DNA of 64,000 nucleotides from a virus, in the IMG/VR virus record IMGVR_UViG_3300043449_000492, positions 96,001-160,000 of that record; one strand, given 5' to 3'. Under the pieces are notes generated by a model. That model saw only the letters and a list, made by a program, of their open reading frames with translations, was not told where the DNA came from and searched no databases. A program made the position numbers and the translations under genes. Numbering within the stretch: position 1 is the first letter of the stretch; the number at the start of each line of letters is the position of its first letter. This document shows, piece by piece, positions 28,269 to 38,672 of the stretch.

Positions 28269-29927
28269 ATGAAATACACTGCACCTGTCGATTCTACTCT
28301 CTTTCTTCTCAAAGACGTTCTCAAGTTTGATAATGAACTAACAGAGCCAATTCTTAGAGAAGCAGCAAAACTATGTGAAGAAGTGATTGCTCCTACAAAT
28401 CAAGAGGGTGATGAAGAGGGTTGTAAGTATGTCGAAAAAGAAGTCAAAACACCACAAGCATTCAAAGAAGCATGGCAAAAGTTTAGAGACGGAGGTTGGC
28501 TCGGACTCTCCGTTCCTGAAGCGTATGGTGGACAAGGCTTACCATATACACTTGCGTCTGCTATCAACGAATTTATATCCTCTTCTAACATGGGGTTTTC
28601 TCTTTATCCTGGCCTTACACGTGGAAATATCCAGGCTCTCCTCGAAGTAGGTAGCGAACCACAGAAGAATATCTGGATCCCTTATCTAGCATCAGGTAAG
28701 TGGACTGGCACGATGAATCTTACTGAGCCTCATTGTGGAACTGATCTTGGTTTGTTGAAGACTAAGGCAGTTCCTGTTGGTGATGAAGGATATCATATCA
28801 CAGGTCAAAAGATTTTCATTTCATGCGGTGAACACGATCTTGCGGAAAATATTCTACATCTTGTGCTTGCTCGAATTGAAGGTGATCCAGAAGGAGTCAA
28901 GGGCATTAGTATGTTTGCTGTGCCAAAGTTTATAGGTCCAGAGAGAAACAATGTCTCTTGTGGATCAATCGAACATAAGATGGGTATTCACGGTTCATCA
29001 ACTTGTGTTATGAACTATGATGGAGCATACGGTTATCTTGTTGGTGAACGCTGCAAAGGTCTCAATGCAATGTTCATTATGATGAATGAAGCAAGACTTG
29101 GTGTTGCCGTTCAAGGTCTATCACAATCGGAGTTGGCTTATCAAAATGCTGTCTCATATGCTCAAGAACGTATTCAGAGCGTTGCGCTTACGGATCCAAA
29201 AGGTGGATCAGTTGCCATTATCAATCATCCCGATGTTCGTCGTATGCTTATGGATATTCGTTGCATTAACGAAGCTGCTAGACTTCTATGCTTGGAAGCG
29301 TCGATGCTTTGTGAAGATAAAAGCGATGCTGCTCAAGATAGATTAGGTTTGATGACACCAGTTCTCAAGGGTGTGTTAACAGACTATGGATTTGAGAATG
29401 CAGTAAAGGCTCAACAAGTTTGGGGAGGTCATGGTTACATTCGTGAGAACGGAATGGAGCAGATTGTTCGTGACGCTCGTATTGCTCAAATCTATGAAGG
29501 TGCTAATGGTATTCAGGCGCTTGACCTTGTTGCTCGTAAGTTGCCAAAGAACATGGGTCGTGCTATTCGTACCTTCTTTAAGGATAGTGAAGACTTGATT
29601 AACAAAGCATATGGTGCTGATCTGCATACAGTCGTGCAGCCTCTCACATCAGCAAGAGACGAACTAAGACAAGCAACAGAGTGGCTTGTTGGTAATGCAT
29701 TGACACTTCAAAATAATGCTGGTTCTGCATCGTATGATTATATGAAAATGTTCGGACTCGTATTGCTAGGTCTTGCTCATGTTCGTATCTGTATGGCTTC
29801 GGATGATAAGGAAAGACACCTAAATGCCAAATACTTTATGGAAAGGATTCTTCCTGAAACTCGATTCCTTTTGGAAAGAATTAAATCGGGAAGTGAAACA
29901 ATGATGGAAGTTTCGTTTTTTAATTAA
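28269..29927 (+). CDS. Acyl-CoA dehydrogenase (DmdC/FadE5-like)
   Basis: GTMNLTEPHCGTDLG, ITGQKIFIS.GEHD, EHKMGIHGS.TC, GGHGYI.E, IYEGANGIQALDL. Confidence 0.95.
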   Translation: MKYTAPVDSTLFLLKDVLKFDNELTEPILREAAKLCEEVIAPTNQEGDEEGCKYVEKEVKTPQAFKEAWQKFRDGGWLGLSVPEAYGGQGLPYTLASAINEFISSSNMGFSLYPGLTRGNIQALLEVGSEPQKNIWIPYLASGKWTGTMNLTEPHCGTDLGLLKTKAVPVGDEGYHITGQKIFISCGEHDLAENILHLVLARIEGDPEGVKGISMFAVPKFIGPERNNVSCGSIEHKMGIHGSSTCVMNYDGAYGYLVGERCKGLNAMFIMMNEARLGVAVQGLSQSELAYQNAVSYAQERIQSVALTDPKGGSVAIINHPDVRRMLMDIRCINEAARLLCLEASMLCEDKSDAAQDRLGLMTPVLKGVLTDYGFENAVKAQQVWGGHGYIRENGMEQIVRDARIAQIYEGANGIQALDLVARKLPKNMGRAIRTFFKDSEDLINKAYGADLHTVVQPLTSARDELRQATEWLVGNALTLQNNAGSASYDYMKMFGLVLLGLAHVRICMASDDKERHLNAKYFMERILPETRFLLERIKSGSETMMEVSFFN

Positions 29928-30014
29928 AACAAATGGTGCGACAATGTGTCGCACCTCCACCTCTTGACAATAGACCCTCGATTTGATATACTGTAAGTCA
30001 CTTATGGAGGTTCT

Positions 30015-30413
30015 ATGCCACTTCTTCCCGTTTACTATACTACCACTAATCTTCGCAAGCGTAAGTCTAAAAAGACGAATACTTCCGAGCATGAGAAGTG
30101 GCTAAGAACAATGGGTCTAGCTCCAAAGCAAATCAAAGCAAAGAAGACAGCGAATACTTCGTGGAAAGCAGAGTATTCTGATTCCTTAAAAGTTGATAGG
30201 TCTTCCGCTCAATACGATTCCGCAGGCATGTCAGGTGATGCGTCTTCCTGCGCTAATCGTTCGATTATGGCAAACCTTCATAAGGAGTCCGAAGAGACAC
30301 GGGCAGCAATTCTAGCAAAGGCTGCCCGTGTCATGCCTCTATATAATAAAGGTGGACTTCAAGTTCTAACGGACTCTGATGACCTTAAATGCTTAAACAA
30401 GGTAGCACGATGA
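30015..30413 (+). CDS. Conserved phage hypothetical protein
   Basis: GGAGG RBS, sigma70 promoter near 29964-29992, PLYNKGGLQV motif. Confidence 0.75.
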   Translation: MPLLPVYYTTTNLRKRKSKKTNTSEHEKWLRTMGLAPKQIKAKKTANTSWKAEYSDSLKVDRSSAQYDSAGMSGDASSCANRSIMANLHKESEETRAAILAKAARVMPLYNKGGLQVLTDSDDLKCLNKVAR

Positions 30414-30646
30414 TGTTAAATCTAATAGTTCCAGTCGTATTCTTTTGTGCAACCTTGCCTAATAAAAATACATGTGATGGATTTACTTCATTGATACATG
30501 AAGAACTTCCACCCGTTCCTACTCCAATGAAATGTCTGCTTGATGGTACAGCATTTGCAACTCAATACATTGTTGAGTTTGAGAAAGATCATCCTAAATT
30601 AAAACTGGAATATAGAATAGTCTGCAAGTCAACCGAGAAAACTTGA
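30410..30646 (+). CDS. Hypothetical Cys-containing exported protein
   Basis: Hydrophobic N-terminus and four Cys. Confidence 0.55.
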   Translation: MMLNLIVPVVFFCATLPNKNTCDGFTSLIHEELPPVPTPMKCLLDGTAFATQYIVEFEKDHPKLKLEYRIVCKSTEKT

Positions 30647-30684
30647 CAGCATAAATACACTATGGTCTTTTTAAGGAGATATAA

Positions 30685-30882
30685 ATGCTTGTAGGAGATA
30701 AGGTAAGTTACGATTCTGTGAATGAAGCATACTGCTTGCTTACATCATACATTCGGGAAGATGGTAAGCTTGGCACAAAGTATAATCAGGAAAATCTACA
30801 GAACTTTGTTGTCTTCCTCGCAGAAATCTTGAAGCATCCAGATAATTTTACAGACGCAGATAAAAAAGAAGAATCTGCATAA
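30685..30882 (+). CDS. Hypothetical protein
   Basis: AAGGAG RBS. Confidence 0.65.
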   Translation: MLVGDKVSYDSVNEAYCLLTSYIREDGKLGTKYNQENLQNFVVFLAEILKHPDNFTDADKKEESA

Positions 30883-30902
30883 CATAGAAAGGTGAAAATA
30901 TA

Positions 30903-31163
30903 ATGAATAAGTTTATCCTAGCAACTGCACTTGTGTTTGCTCTAACTGGTTCCGCACTAGCACATAAGAAGGCTGTTGTTACTGATGTGCCTCTAGTTCC
31001 TGGTGCTGTCATTACCCCACAGGGTGTAAAGGTTCAGGCTCCCGTCGGCTCTGATGTTCAGGTTGACGTTGATGGTAAGGACGTTGATATTACGATTACC
31101 GGTCCAGAGTCAAAGACTGGTTTCAATTCGCTTCTACCCTGGAACTGGCGTTTCTGGCGGTAA
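30903..31163 (+). CDS. Secreted hypothetical protein
   Basis: Signal peptide MNKFILATALVFALTGSALA. Confidence 0.7.
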   Translation: MNKFILATALVFALTGSALAHKKAVVTDVPLVPGAVITPQGVKVQAPVGSDVQVDVDGKDVDITITGPESKTGFNSLLPWNWRFWR

Positions 31164-31213
31164 AATATACTAAATAGTATTGTCCAATCCAGGACATGCT
31201 ATGGAGTGTAAAA

Positions 31214-31438
31214 ATGAACTTAACTGCACTAAGAGCAAACTGGAGAACAACAGTTCTTGGTTTGATTCCGTTGGTAGCATATGCTTTAAATTATTTTGGA
31301 TTATGGCCTGCGTCAATGCCGCTTCCTCCACTGGATCAAGTGTGGCCATTCGTGTTTGCCCTATTTGGTATGGGCGTCGTTGCCAAGGATGGTAACGTCA
31401 CAAACGCACACGATCCATCTCCACCAACGACTCTCTAA
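31214..31438 (+). CDS. Putative holin (two TM helices)
   Basis: NWRTTVLG..., two hydrophobic segments, AKD motif, CTAAATA late-type promoter upstream, adjacent to spanins. Confidence 0.5.
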   Translation: MNLTALRANWRTTVLGLIPLVAYALNYFGLWPASMPLPPLDQVWPFVFALFGMGVVAKDGNVTNAHDPSPPTTL

Positions 31439-31452
31439 AGATAAGGGCGGGT

Positions 31453-31728
31453 TTATCTCGCCCTTATTCTTACATCTGCATCATTCAAAAACTTACGAAT
31501 AGATTCAATAGAACTTTTACAGGTTAGATTATTCTTGTGTAGCTGTACAATTACTTTAGCTACTTGTGCATCTGTAAGCGTCTTCCAGTTTGGAAACTCT
31601 TTCAATACAGGACAGGCATACATAGCTTCGTCGGGGCGAACGACTAGATACTTGTATGTGGTGATGACTTGCTGAGTATCATTACAACCAACAAGTAACA
31701 AAGCAAACAATAGAACAACAAACTTCAT
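31453..31728 (-). CDS. Outer-membrane spanin (Rz1-like lipoprotein)
   Basis: Lipobox LLVGC, CP motif, late Cys; overlaps the i-spanin. Confidence 0.75.
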   Translation of the reverse strand: MKFVVLLFALLLVGCNDTQQVITTYKYLVVRPDEAMYACPVLKEFPNWKTLTDAQVAKVIVQLHKNNLTCKSSIESIRKFLNDADVRIRAR

Positions 31729-32108
31729 TTAATTTCTCCAAGCATTTTGATTGTATCTTTTAGTATCTGTGAGGATTGTTTATCATGACCAGCGCCGACA
31801 TGTTGATTGATTGATGCGTCAATCTTCTGTAGTTGTTCTTCTAGTCTATCTCTTTCGATGTATAGCTTAGCCAAAATCTCACTCTTATTTGTGCTAATCT
31901 CTTCCATCTGTTGGATATAGATATTCTTATCCTTGACATTCTGTTGTAGTTGATCGATGGTAAACTTTTGTAAAGCTGAGTCTTTTTCCATATCGACAAT
32001 CTGGCGATGCTTAAGGTATAGACTACTGGCGAGTCCAAAGACGATCATTAGGATCGCTATCCATTTGAAACTACCTGCCGTAAAGAATGAAATGAGAAAA
32101 GAAAACAT
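31725..32108 (-). CDS. Inner-membrane spanin (Rz-like)
   Basis: N-terminal TM helix followed by a long coiled coil; GGAGG RBS. Confidence 0.72.
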   Translation of the reverse strand: MFSFLISFFTAGSFKWIAILMIVFGLASSLYLKHRQIVDMEKDSALQKFTIDQLQQNVKDKNIYIQQMEEISTNKSEILAKLYIERDRLEEQLQKIDASINQHVGAGHDKQSSQILKDTIKMLGEIK

Positions 32109-32162
32109 ATTGACCTCCAAGAACATCTATGCTATAATATATATGTAAGTAGAGGTATAGAA

Positions 32163-32360
32163 ATGATTCTATGTTCCTGTAATCTTATAACTGACAACAA
32201 TGTTAGGCAAATCATGGAAAGTCGGCCTTCATATGCTAGACTTCCGTCTGTTGAGGAAATCATGGAAAAGCATGGTTGCTCTGTTGTATGTGCAACCTGT
32301 GTTCGCAACTTGAAAATTGAAATAAGGAAACACTATGAAAGTGAAGATCGGACCGTATAA
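32163..32360 (+). CDS. Bfd-like [2Fe-2S] ferredoxin
   Basis: MILCSCN.IT...CSVVCATC. Confidence 0.75.
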   Translation: MILCSCNLITDNNVRQIMESRPSYARLPSVEEIMEKHGCSVVCATCVRNLKIEIRKHYESEDRTV

Positions 32361-32868
32361 GACTTGGATTGGAGTCTATCAAGTCACTGATAAGATACCA
32401 TTCGTTAGTGAAGATACCCGAGACAAGATTGGAGACTGGCTTTCCAATACTTGGGTTAATGATATCTTCAAGTGGTTTGATGAGAAGAAAGAACGTAAGA
32501 TTGATATTCGTATCGATCCTTATGATACTTGGTCTATGGATCATACACTTGCTCTAATCATTCTTCCAATGCTTAATCAGCTTCGTATCACCAAGCAGGG
32601 TGCTCCTTGGGTTGATGATGAAGATGTTCCCGACTTCATTAAGTCAACAACTGCTCCTCCTAAAGAAGAGGATTGGGACGTTGACGACTATCATCATATT
32701 CGTTGGGACTGGGTTCTCAATGAAATGATCTTTGCCTTTGAGAACATTCTTAATGATGATTGGCATGATAAAATGAACCTTGACAAAGACGAGTTTACAT
32801 ACTATAATGATCGTATTGACAATGGATTGCGCCTCTTCGGTAAGTATTATCGGGCGCTTTGGGACTAA
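32335..32868 (+). CDS. Conserved phage hypothetical protein
   Basis: DPYDTWSMDHTLA.IILPML, GLRLFGKYYRALWD. Confidence 0.8.
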   Translation: MKVKIGPYKTWIGVYQVTDKIPFVSEDTRDKIGDWLSNTWVNDIFKWFDEKKERKIDIRIDPYDTWSMDHTLALIILPMLNQLRITKQGAPWVDDEDVPDFIKSTTAPPKEEDWDVDDYHHIRWDWVLNEMIFAFENILNDDWHDKMNLDKDEFTYYNDRIDNGLRLFGKYYRALWD

Positions 32869-32879
32869 GGAGATTGTCC

Positions 32880-33086
32880 ATGAACTTTAGTGAAAAGACT
32901 ATGCACGTCCTCGAAACTCAGTTTAAGCAGAGGGCGCTCGACGGAAAGTGGGAAAGGATCGTCAAGATCATTGACCCAGACAACGCTTATTCATTCGTGA
33001 ATGAGAATGGCAACCGCACTACATTGATTCCTGAGAAATGGGTCACTGTCGGTGTTTATGATTATCTAATGGAGATTATTGACTAA
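32880..33086 (+). CDS. Hypothetical protein
   Basis: AAGGAG RBS; upstream sigma70 promoter near 32780-32808. Confidence 0.65.
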   Translation: MNFSEKTMHVLETQFKQRALDGKWERIVKIIDPDNAYSFVNENGNRTTLIPEKWVTVGVYDYLMEIID

Positions 33087-33388
33087 TGGCTACAAATCTA
33101 AAAATTCTACGCTTCCTCAATGAGGAAATTATGGGCGAGATTGTTACTGAGAGCAAGGACACAGTCACAGTAAAGAATCCTGTTCGTATTGTTGTTATGC
33201 CAAACAAGGAAGATCCTAAGAATCCTTCAGTAGGCTTCGCTCCATACTGCGAATGGACTGAGGACAAGGACTTCACTCTTTCGAAGAACTTTCTTGTTTT
33301 TACAGCAGAACCTCTTAAGGTTTTTATCAATCAGTATAATCAGCAGTTTGGTGGTATCATCGTTCCAGACACAAAGATCATTATGTAA
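33086..33388 (+). CDS. Sm-like conserved hypothetical protein upstream of gp43
   Basis: EEIMGE, VKNP, GFAPY, YNQQFGGIIVP. Confidence 0.7.
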   Translation: MATNLKILRFLNEEIMGEIVTESKDTVTVKNPVRIVVMPNKEDPKNPSVGFAPYCEWTEDKDFTLSKNFLVFTAEPLKVFINQYNQQFGGIIVPDTKIIM

Positions 33389-35940
33389 TGACAAAATTCT
33401 ATACCAATGTTGAAGTGTGGGGTGGCAAGATCCTATACCGTGGCGTTGAGAATGGAAAGCGTATCAAGAGTAGGGTGGACTATCACCCTACTCTTTTCGT
33501 TCGTTCAGACAAGCCTACGAAGTATAAGACAATCTATGGAGAGTATGTCGGTCCTATTAAGCCAGGATCGATCAAGGACTGTCGTGAGTTTGCCTCTCAG
33601 TATGATGATGTTCCTAACTTTAAAGTGTATGGCAATCAACGCTATCAGTATTGCTTTATAGCTGATGAATTTTCAGATGTTATTGACTGGGACATTCAGC
33701 ATATTCGTATCGCAAACATTGATATCGAAGTTGGTTCTGAGAATGGATTTCCAGATCCTGGGGATGCGACTGAGCCTTTGACCGCTATCACTGTGAAGAT
33801 GAATGGATATTACTTTACGTTTGGTACTGAAGCATACAAGTCTGAGCGTAATGATGTTTCATATTGTCGCTGTATTAGTGAAATTGATTTGATTCAGAAG
33901 TTCCTTCTATGGTGGCAACAGGATCATCCTGACATTATCACAGGTTGGAACGTCGAGCAATTCGATATTCCATATCTTGTCAATCGTATATCTAATGTGC
34001 TAGGCGAGAAAGAAGCCAAGAAGCTTTCTCCTTGGGGCGTAATCAATGCAAAGACGATTGATATGGGTATGGGTCGTAAAGGCTCAGGATATACCATTCT
34101 AGGTATTGCTACGCTCGATCTTATTTCACTATATAAGAAATATGCTCCAGAGGGTAAGTCTCAAGAATCCTATCGTCTGGATAACATTGCCCATGTTGAG
34201 CTAGGAGAACGTAAACTCTCCTATGAAGATTATGGCTCACTTCATAATCTCTATAGAGAGAATTACCAGAAGTTCATTGACTATAACATCAAAGACGTTG
34301 AACTTGTGGACCGCATTGATGACAAAGGCAAGTTCATTGAACTAGCCCTTACCCTTTCTTATGATAACAAATGCAACTATGAAGATGTGTTTGCTCAAGT
34401 CCGTATGTGGGACGTAATTTGTTTTAATCATTTGAAAGCGAAGAACATTGTCGTCCCTCCTACCGAAAGACACGAAAAGGAGGCAGCTTATGTCGGTGCT
34501 TACGTTAAAGATCCTATTATTGGTTTCCATGATTGGGTGGCTTCTTTTGACGTTAATTCAGAGTACCCGTCTGTTATTATGGGGTCAAATATCTCTCCTG
34601 AGACGATTATCGAACCTGATTCTTATACTCCTGCTATGCAGTCTATTATCTCCTCTGGTATCACTGTTGATAAACTTCTTAATCGTTCAATCGACACCTC
34701 TACCTTGAAAGATGAAAACGTCTGCTTGACAGCGAACGGACAGTTCTATCGTCGTGACAAGCAAGGCTTCATGCCTGAAATGGTTGAGAAGATGTTTAAT
34801 GATCGTAAAGCCTATAAGAAGGCAATGCTTGAAGCTGAACAGGAGTATGAGCATGAAACTGACAAGCAAGCGAAAGCGGAGCTTAAGAAGAAGATATCCA
34901 AGTTCAAGAACCTACAACTCTCCAAGAAAGTATCACTCAACTCGCTTTATGGCGCCATGGGATCGAAGTTCTTTCGGTTCTATGATCTACGAAATGCGAT
35001 TGCGGTCACGACTACGGGTCAACTTAGCATCCGTTGGATCGAAAAGACCCTTAATGAGTATTTGCGAAAGTTGTTAAAGACAGAAAAGGATTATGTTATT
35101 GCAGTCGATACTGACTCGGTTTATTTGCACCTTGCTGATTTGGTCAAGCAAACCATCGAAAAGGATGGTCAATCTGTTGATGCAGCAAGAGGTATCGCCT
35201 TCATGGATAAAGTCTGTGAAAGTGGTCTACAACGAATTATTGATCAGACTTGTTCTGATCTTGGTGCATACACTAACGTCTATCAACAAAAGATTATCAT
35301 GAAGCGAGAAGTCTTGGCAGACAAAGCAATCTGGACTGCCAAGAAGCGTTACATTCTCAACGTCCATAACTCCGAAGGTGTGCAGTATGCTAAGCCAAAG
35401 AAGAAAGTTATGGGTCTTGAAATGGTCAAGAGTTCAACCCCATCAGCATGTAGAGAGAAGTTAAAGGAAGCAATTGATGTTATATTTGACCAAGGCGAAT
35501 CAGCAGTTCAAGAGTTTGTTCAGCAGTTTCGTTCCGAATATGAAAGTTTACCTTTGGCAGACATTGCGTTTCCTCGTGGAGTTAACGGTCTCATTAAGTA
35601 TGCAGATAAGAAGACGATTTACGGAAGCGGAACACCTATACATGTTCGTGGCTCTCTTGTATATAATCATATTCTATCTGAGCATAAGCTTACTAATAAG
35701 TATCCGTTGATTCAAGGCGGAGAAAAGATTAAGTATGTTCACCTCAAAGAACCTAACACTGTGCAGTCGAATGTGATTGCATTTCCACAAGGAGGAATCC
35801 CTAAAGAGTTTGACTTGAACAAGTATATCGACTATAATACACAATTCGAAAAATCGTTTCTAGAACCATTGAAGATCATTCTGGAAGCGATTGATTGGAA
35901 AGCAGAACGAACATCTAGCCTAGAGGACTTTTTCTCATGA
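33388..35940 (+). CDS. gp43: Family B DNA polymerase (gp43)
   Basis: ExoI DIE, GWN...FD, YN..D; polymerase motifs SFDVNSEYP, KVSLNSLYG, VDTDS, KKRY; C-terminal clamp-binding SLEDFF. Confidence 0.98.
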   Translation: MTKFYTNVEVWGGKILYRGVENGKRIKSRVDYHPTLFVRSDKPTKYKTIYGEYVGPIKPGSIKDCREFASQYDDVPNFKVYGNQRYQYCFIADEFSDVIDWDIQHIRIANIDIEVGSENGFPDPGDATEPLTAITVKMNGYYFTFGTEAYKSERNDVSYCRCISEIDLIQKFLLWWQQDHPDIITGWNVEQFDIPYLVNRISNVLGEKEAKKLSPWGVINAKTIDMGMGRKGSGYTILGIATLDLISLYKKYAPEGKSQESYRLDNIAHVELGERKLSYEDYGSLHNLYRENYQKFIDYNIKDVELVDRIDDKGKFIELALTLSYDNKCNYEDVFAQVRMWDVICFNHLKAKNIVVPPTERHEKEAAYVGAYVKDPIIGFHDWVASFDVNSEYPSVIMGSNISPETIIEPDSYTPAMQSIISSGITVDKLLNRSIDTSTLKDENVCLTANGQFYRRDKQGFMPEMVEKMFNDRKAYKKAMLEAEQEYEHETDKQAKAELKKKISKFKNLQLSKKVSLNSLYGAMGSKFFRFYDLRNAIAVTTTGQLSIRWIEKTLNEYLRKLLKTEKDYVIAVDTDSVYLHLADLVKQTIEKDGQSVDAARGIAFMDKVCESGLQRIIDQTCSDLGAYTNVYQQKIIMKREVLADKAIWTAKKRYILNVHNSEGVQYAKPKKKVMGLEMVKSSTPSACREKLKEAIDVIFDQGESAVQEFVQQFRSEYESLPLADIAFPRGVNGLIKYADKKTIYGSGTPIHVRGSLVYNHILSEHKLTNKYPLIQGGEKIKYVHLKEPNTVQSNVIAFPQGGIPKEFDLNKYIDYNTQFEKSFLEPLKIILEAIDWKAERTSSLEDFFS

Positions 35941-36131
35941 GTAAAAAGAAGACCGAAGAAGACAAGCACTATAAGCATTCGCCCGCTCGTCTATATGAGT
36001 TTGTTCCTGATAACACCATCGATACCAACAACGTCATTGAATTAGCTAAGATCGTGCGTGTTGGTATTGGTGGCAATCTACTAGAAAAACTTTCGCCTGA
36101 GTTACAGAAATTTTTCAAAGAAGTTGCATGA
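35937..36131 (+). CDS. Hypothetical protein
   Basis: GAGGA RBS; coupled to gp43. Confidence 0.6.
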   Translation: MSKKKTEEDKHYKHSPARLYEFVPDNTIDTNNVIELAKIVRVGIGGNLLEKLSPELQKFFKEVA

Positions 36132-36892
36132 CGACTGTTCATCAGATTATCATTGTTGATGGTATGAAGATACCAGACATGAGAACCAATCCCGTAGCTA
36201 TGAACCGTTCAATGCAGAGCGTTAATGTTATGTATGGTCAACATGACTACCATCTTTGGTCAGGAGAAGAATGTATTGAGTTCATTCATTCTAACTTTGA
36301 CAAAGAAGTATTAACTACATTTCATCGGCTTAACGCATATGCAAACAAGGCAGATTTAGCTCGGGCTTGCATTCTATATCTTCAAGGAGGTTTCTATACA
36401 GATATCTTCATTGAATGGTTGCAGCCAATTGACTTTGCATTACTAAATCAATTTGACTTCTGTGCATTTCGTGATCAATCAAAATTCAACTATCGCTTTC
36501 TATCTGTGCTGAATGGTATTCAGCTTACTAAGCCTCGTTGTAAAGTGCTAGAGGAACATATTAAACTTATCATTCAAAACTCAAAGAATGAGTATTATGG
36601 TTATCCTCAACCTACAGCAATCTCAGGTCCAGTTGCATTAGGAAGATCAATAGCTAGAGCAATTGAGACTGGATTTGATGAACAGAGAATTGGTTTAATC
36701 GGAGACATAATCAATCTTACAGTGGGTTATGGAAAAGAAAACTTCGGATTCGTTGCTAACAATGGAGATATCCTAGCACTACGAACTAAAGTTAACAATA
36801 TGAATCAAATGGGCTTGACAGGAGCTAATGATTACTATACAATATACTGTGAGGGTCAGATATACAATAAGGAAGTGACTTATGATACCTAA
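36128..36892 (+). CDS. Glycosyltransferase family 32-like (DxD)
   Basis: HQI, YHLWS, KADLAR.CILY..GG.Y.DI, SGP..LG. Confidence 0.8.
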   Translation: MTTVHQIIIVDGMKIPDMRTNPVAMNRSMQSVNVMYGQHDYHLWSGEECIEFIHSNFDKEVLTTFHRLNAYANKADLARACILYLQGGFYTDIFIEWLQPIDFALLNQFDFCAFRDQSKFNYRFLSVLNGIQLTKPRCKVLEEHIKLIIQNSKNEYYGYPQPTAISGPVALGRSIARAIETGFDEQRIGLIGDIINLTVGYGKENFGFVANNGDILALRTKVNNMNQMGLTGANDYYTIYCEGQIYNKEVTYDT

Positions 36893-37574
36893 GATTATTC
36901 ACCATACTGCTCCCAGGGATAAAACAAAATGGGGGCCACTCTGGAGTGTATGCCTAGATTCCTGGTATGAACATTTTCCTACAGATCAATATACTCATAT
37001 CTTTTGGACAGACGAGGATCTAAATGATCTAGCTCATAATGACTTTGCTCCTTACTGGGATTTGTATTCATCATTTCCTTTTGATATCATGAAAGTGGAT
37101 ATTGCACGATATATGATGCTATATAAGTTTGGTGGTCTTTATGTTGATATGGACTACTACTGCTATAAGAATTTCCACTCTACAATTAGTCATGTTGATC
37201 TAGTTATGGTTCAAGCATTAGGACATGATGAGGTTGTGCAGAATGCAATGATGGGTAGCAAACCAAAGCATCCGTTTTGGTTAGATTGTTTAGAAGAAAC
37301 TAAGCGTTTCAATTATAACTATATCGAAACACTATCTAAGACGCATTATGTCAAGGATATCACAGGACCTTATTTTCTCTCTCGTCAAGGAATGAAATGC
37401 ACATATCCAATTCATATTCTTGACAAGAATGACTACAATCCTCCTATTGATTACGTTAGTAATAGTGTCATTACAAGACATATGTTAACGAGCGTTTGGG
37501 TTGCAGACGGTAAGGATCTAAAGGAGTTTTATAAAGAAAATAGAAACGTAGACGCAGATACATTTAAATTCTAG
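36882..37574 (+). CDS. Glycosyltransferase family 32 (OCH1-like)
   Basis: IPKIIHHT, WTDED, DIARY..LY.FGGLYVDMD, HPFW, TGP..L. Confidence 0.88.
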   Translation: MIPKIIHHTAPRDKTKWGPLWSVCLDSWYEHFPTDQYTHIFWTDEDLNDLAHNDFAPYWDLYSSFPFDIMKVDIARYMMLYKFGGLYVDMDYYCYKNFHSTISHVDLVMVQALGHDEVVQNAMMGSKPKHPFWLDCLEETKRFNYNYIETLSKTHYVKDITGPYFLSRQGMKCTYPIHILDKNDYNPPIDYVSNSVITRHMLTSVWVADGKDLKEFYKENRNVDADTFKF

Positions 37575-37613
37575 ATAGGGAGATTCCTATTCTAGTTACA
37601 CAAGGAGAAACTT

Positions 37614-38672
37614 ATGTCAAATATTTTTAATCAGCTTTTGGCTGAAACGGATAACGAATACGCTTCCGTTGTTGACGACGGTGTAGCAGCAGGAGATGTG
37701 TCAGGCTTCATTGGCACAGGCTCATATGCTATGAATGCATTGCTCTCTGGCTCGATCTATGGAGGTCTAGCCCAGAATAAGGTAACAGCACTTGCAGGTG
37801 AGCCGTCTGTCGGTAAGACATTCTATGCACTTAATATCGTAAAGCAGTTTCTAGAGGATAACGCAAATGGATTTGTTTTCTATTTTGAGTCTGAGTCTGC
37901 TATTAGTAAGCAGTTTATTACTGATCGTGGTATTGATGCTAAACGTGTGGCTATCGTCCCTGTTGCTACGGTGCAGCAGTTTAGAACTCAAGCAGTCAAG
38001 ATACTGGACAAGTATCTGGAGGGAAAAGAAAAGCCCCCGATGCTGTTCGTCCTCGACTCACTCGGAAACTTGTCAACCGACAAAGAAATGAATGACATTG
38101 CTGAGGGCAAAGATACTAGAGACATGACCCGAGCCCAGCTAGTTCGTGGTGCGTTTCGTGTTCTTACTCTTAAGCTTGGCAAGGCTAAAGTACCACTGAT
38201 TGTTACTAACCATGTTTACGATGTTGTTGGTTCATATGTACCAATGAAGAAGATGGGTGGCGGCTCTGGACTAGAGTATGCAGCTTCCACTATTATCTTT
38301 CTATCAAAGAAGAAGGATAAGACTCTGGACAATGATGACGGACGAACTGGTGCAGTCATTACAGCACATACCAAGAAGTCTCGTATGACTGTTGAAGACC
38401 GTAAGGTAGAAACCTGGCTCAACTATCAAACAGGGTTGGACAAGTATTATGGCTTGCTCGACCTTGCAGAGCGTTATGGTATCGTCAAGAAGATTGCCAA
38501 CAAGTATGAGTTTCCTGACGGAACTAAGGCATTTGAGTCGCAAATCAAAAAGAATCCAGAAAAGTTCTTTACAAGTGATCTATTACATGCTATAAATGAA
38601 GGGTGTGAAGCAGACTTTCTTTACGGAAAGTATAGTGTAGAGGAAGAGGAAGATAATGCTCCCACAGCATGA
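37614..38672 (+). CDS. uvsX: RecA-like recombinase UvsX
   Basis: ALAGEPSVGKT, DSLGNL, DMTRA, TNHVY, MGGGSG..YAAS. Confidence 0.95.
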   Translation: MSNIFNQLLAETDNEYASVVDDGVAAGDVSGFIGTGSYAMNALLSGSIYGGLAQNKVTALAGEPSVGKTFYALNIVKQFLEDNANGFVFYFESESAISKQFITDRGIDAKRVAIVPVATVQQFRTQAVKILDKYLEGKEKPPMLFVLDSLGNLSTDKEMNDIAEGKDTRDMTRAQLVRGAFRVLTLKLGKAKVPLIVTNHVYDVVGSYVPMKKMGGGSGLEYAASTIIFLSKKKDKTLDNDDGRTGAVITAHTKKSRMTVEDRKVETWLNYQTGLDKYYGLLDLAERYGIVKKIANKYEFPDGTKAFESQIKKNPEKFFTSDLLHAINEGCEADFLYGKYSVEEEEDNAPTA

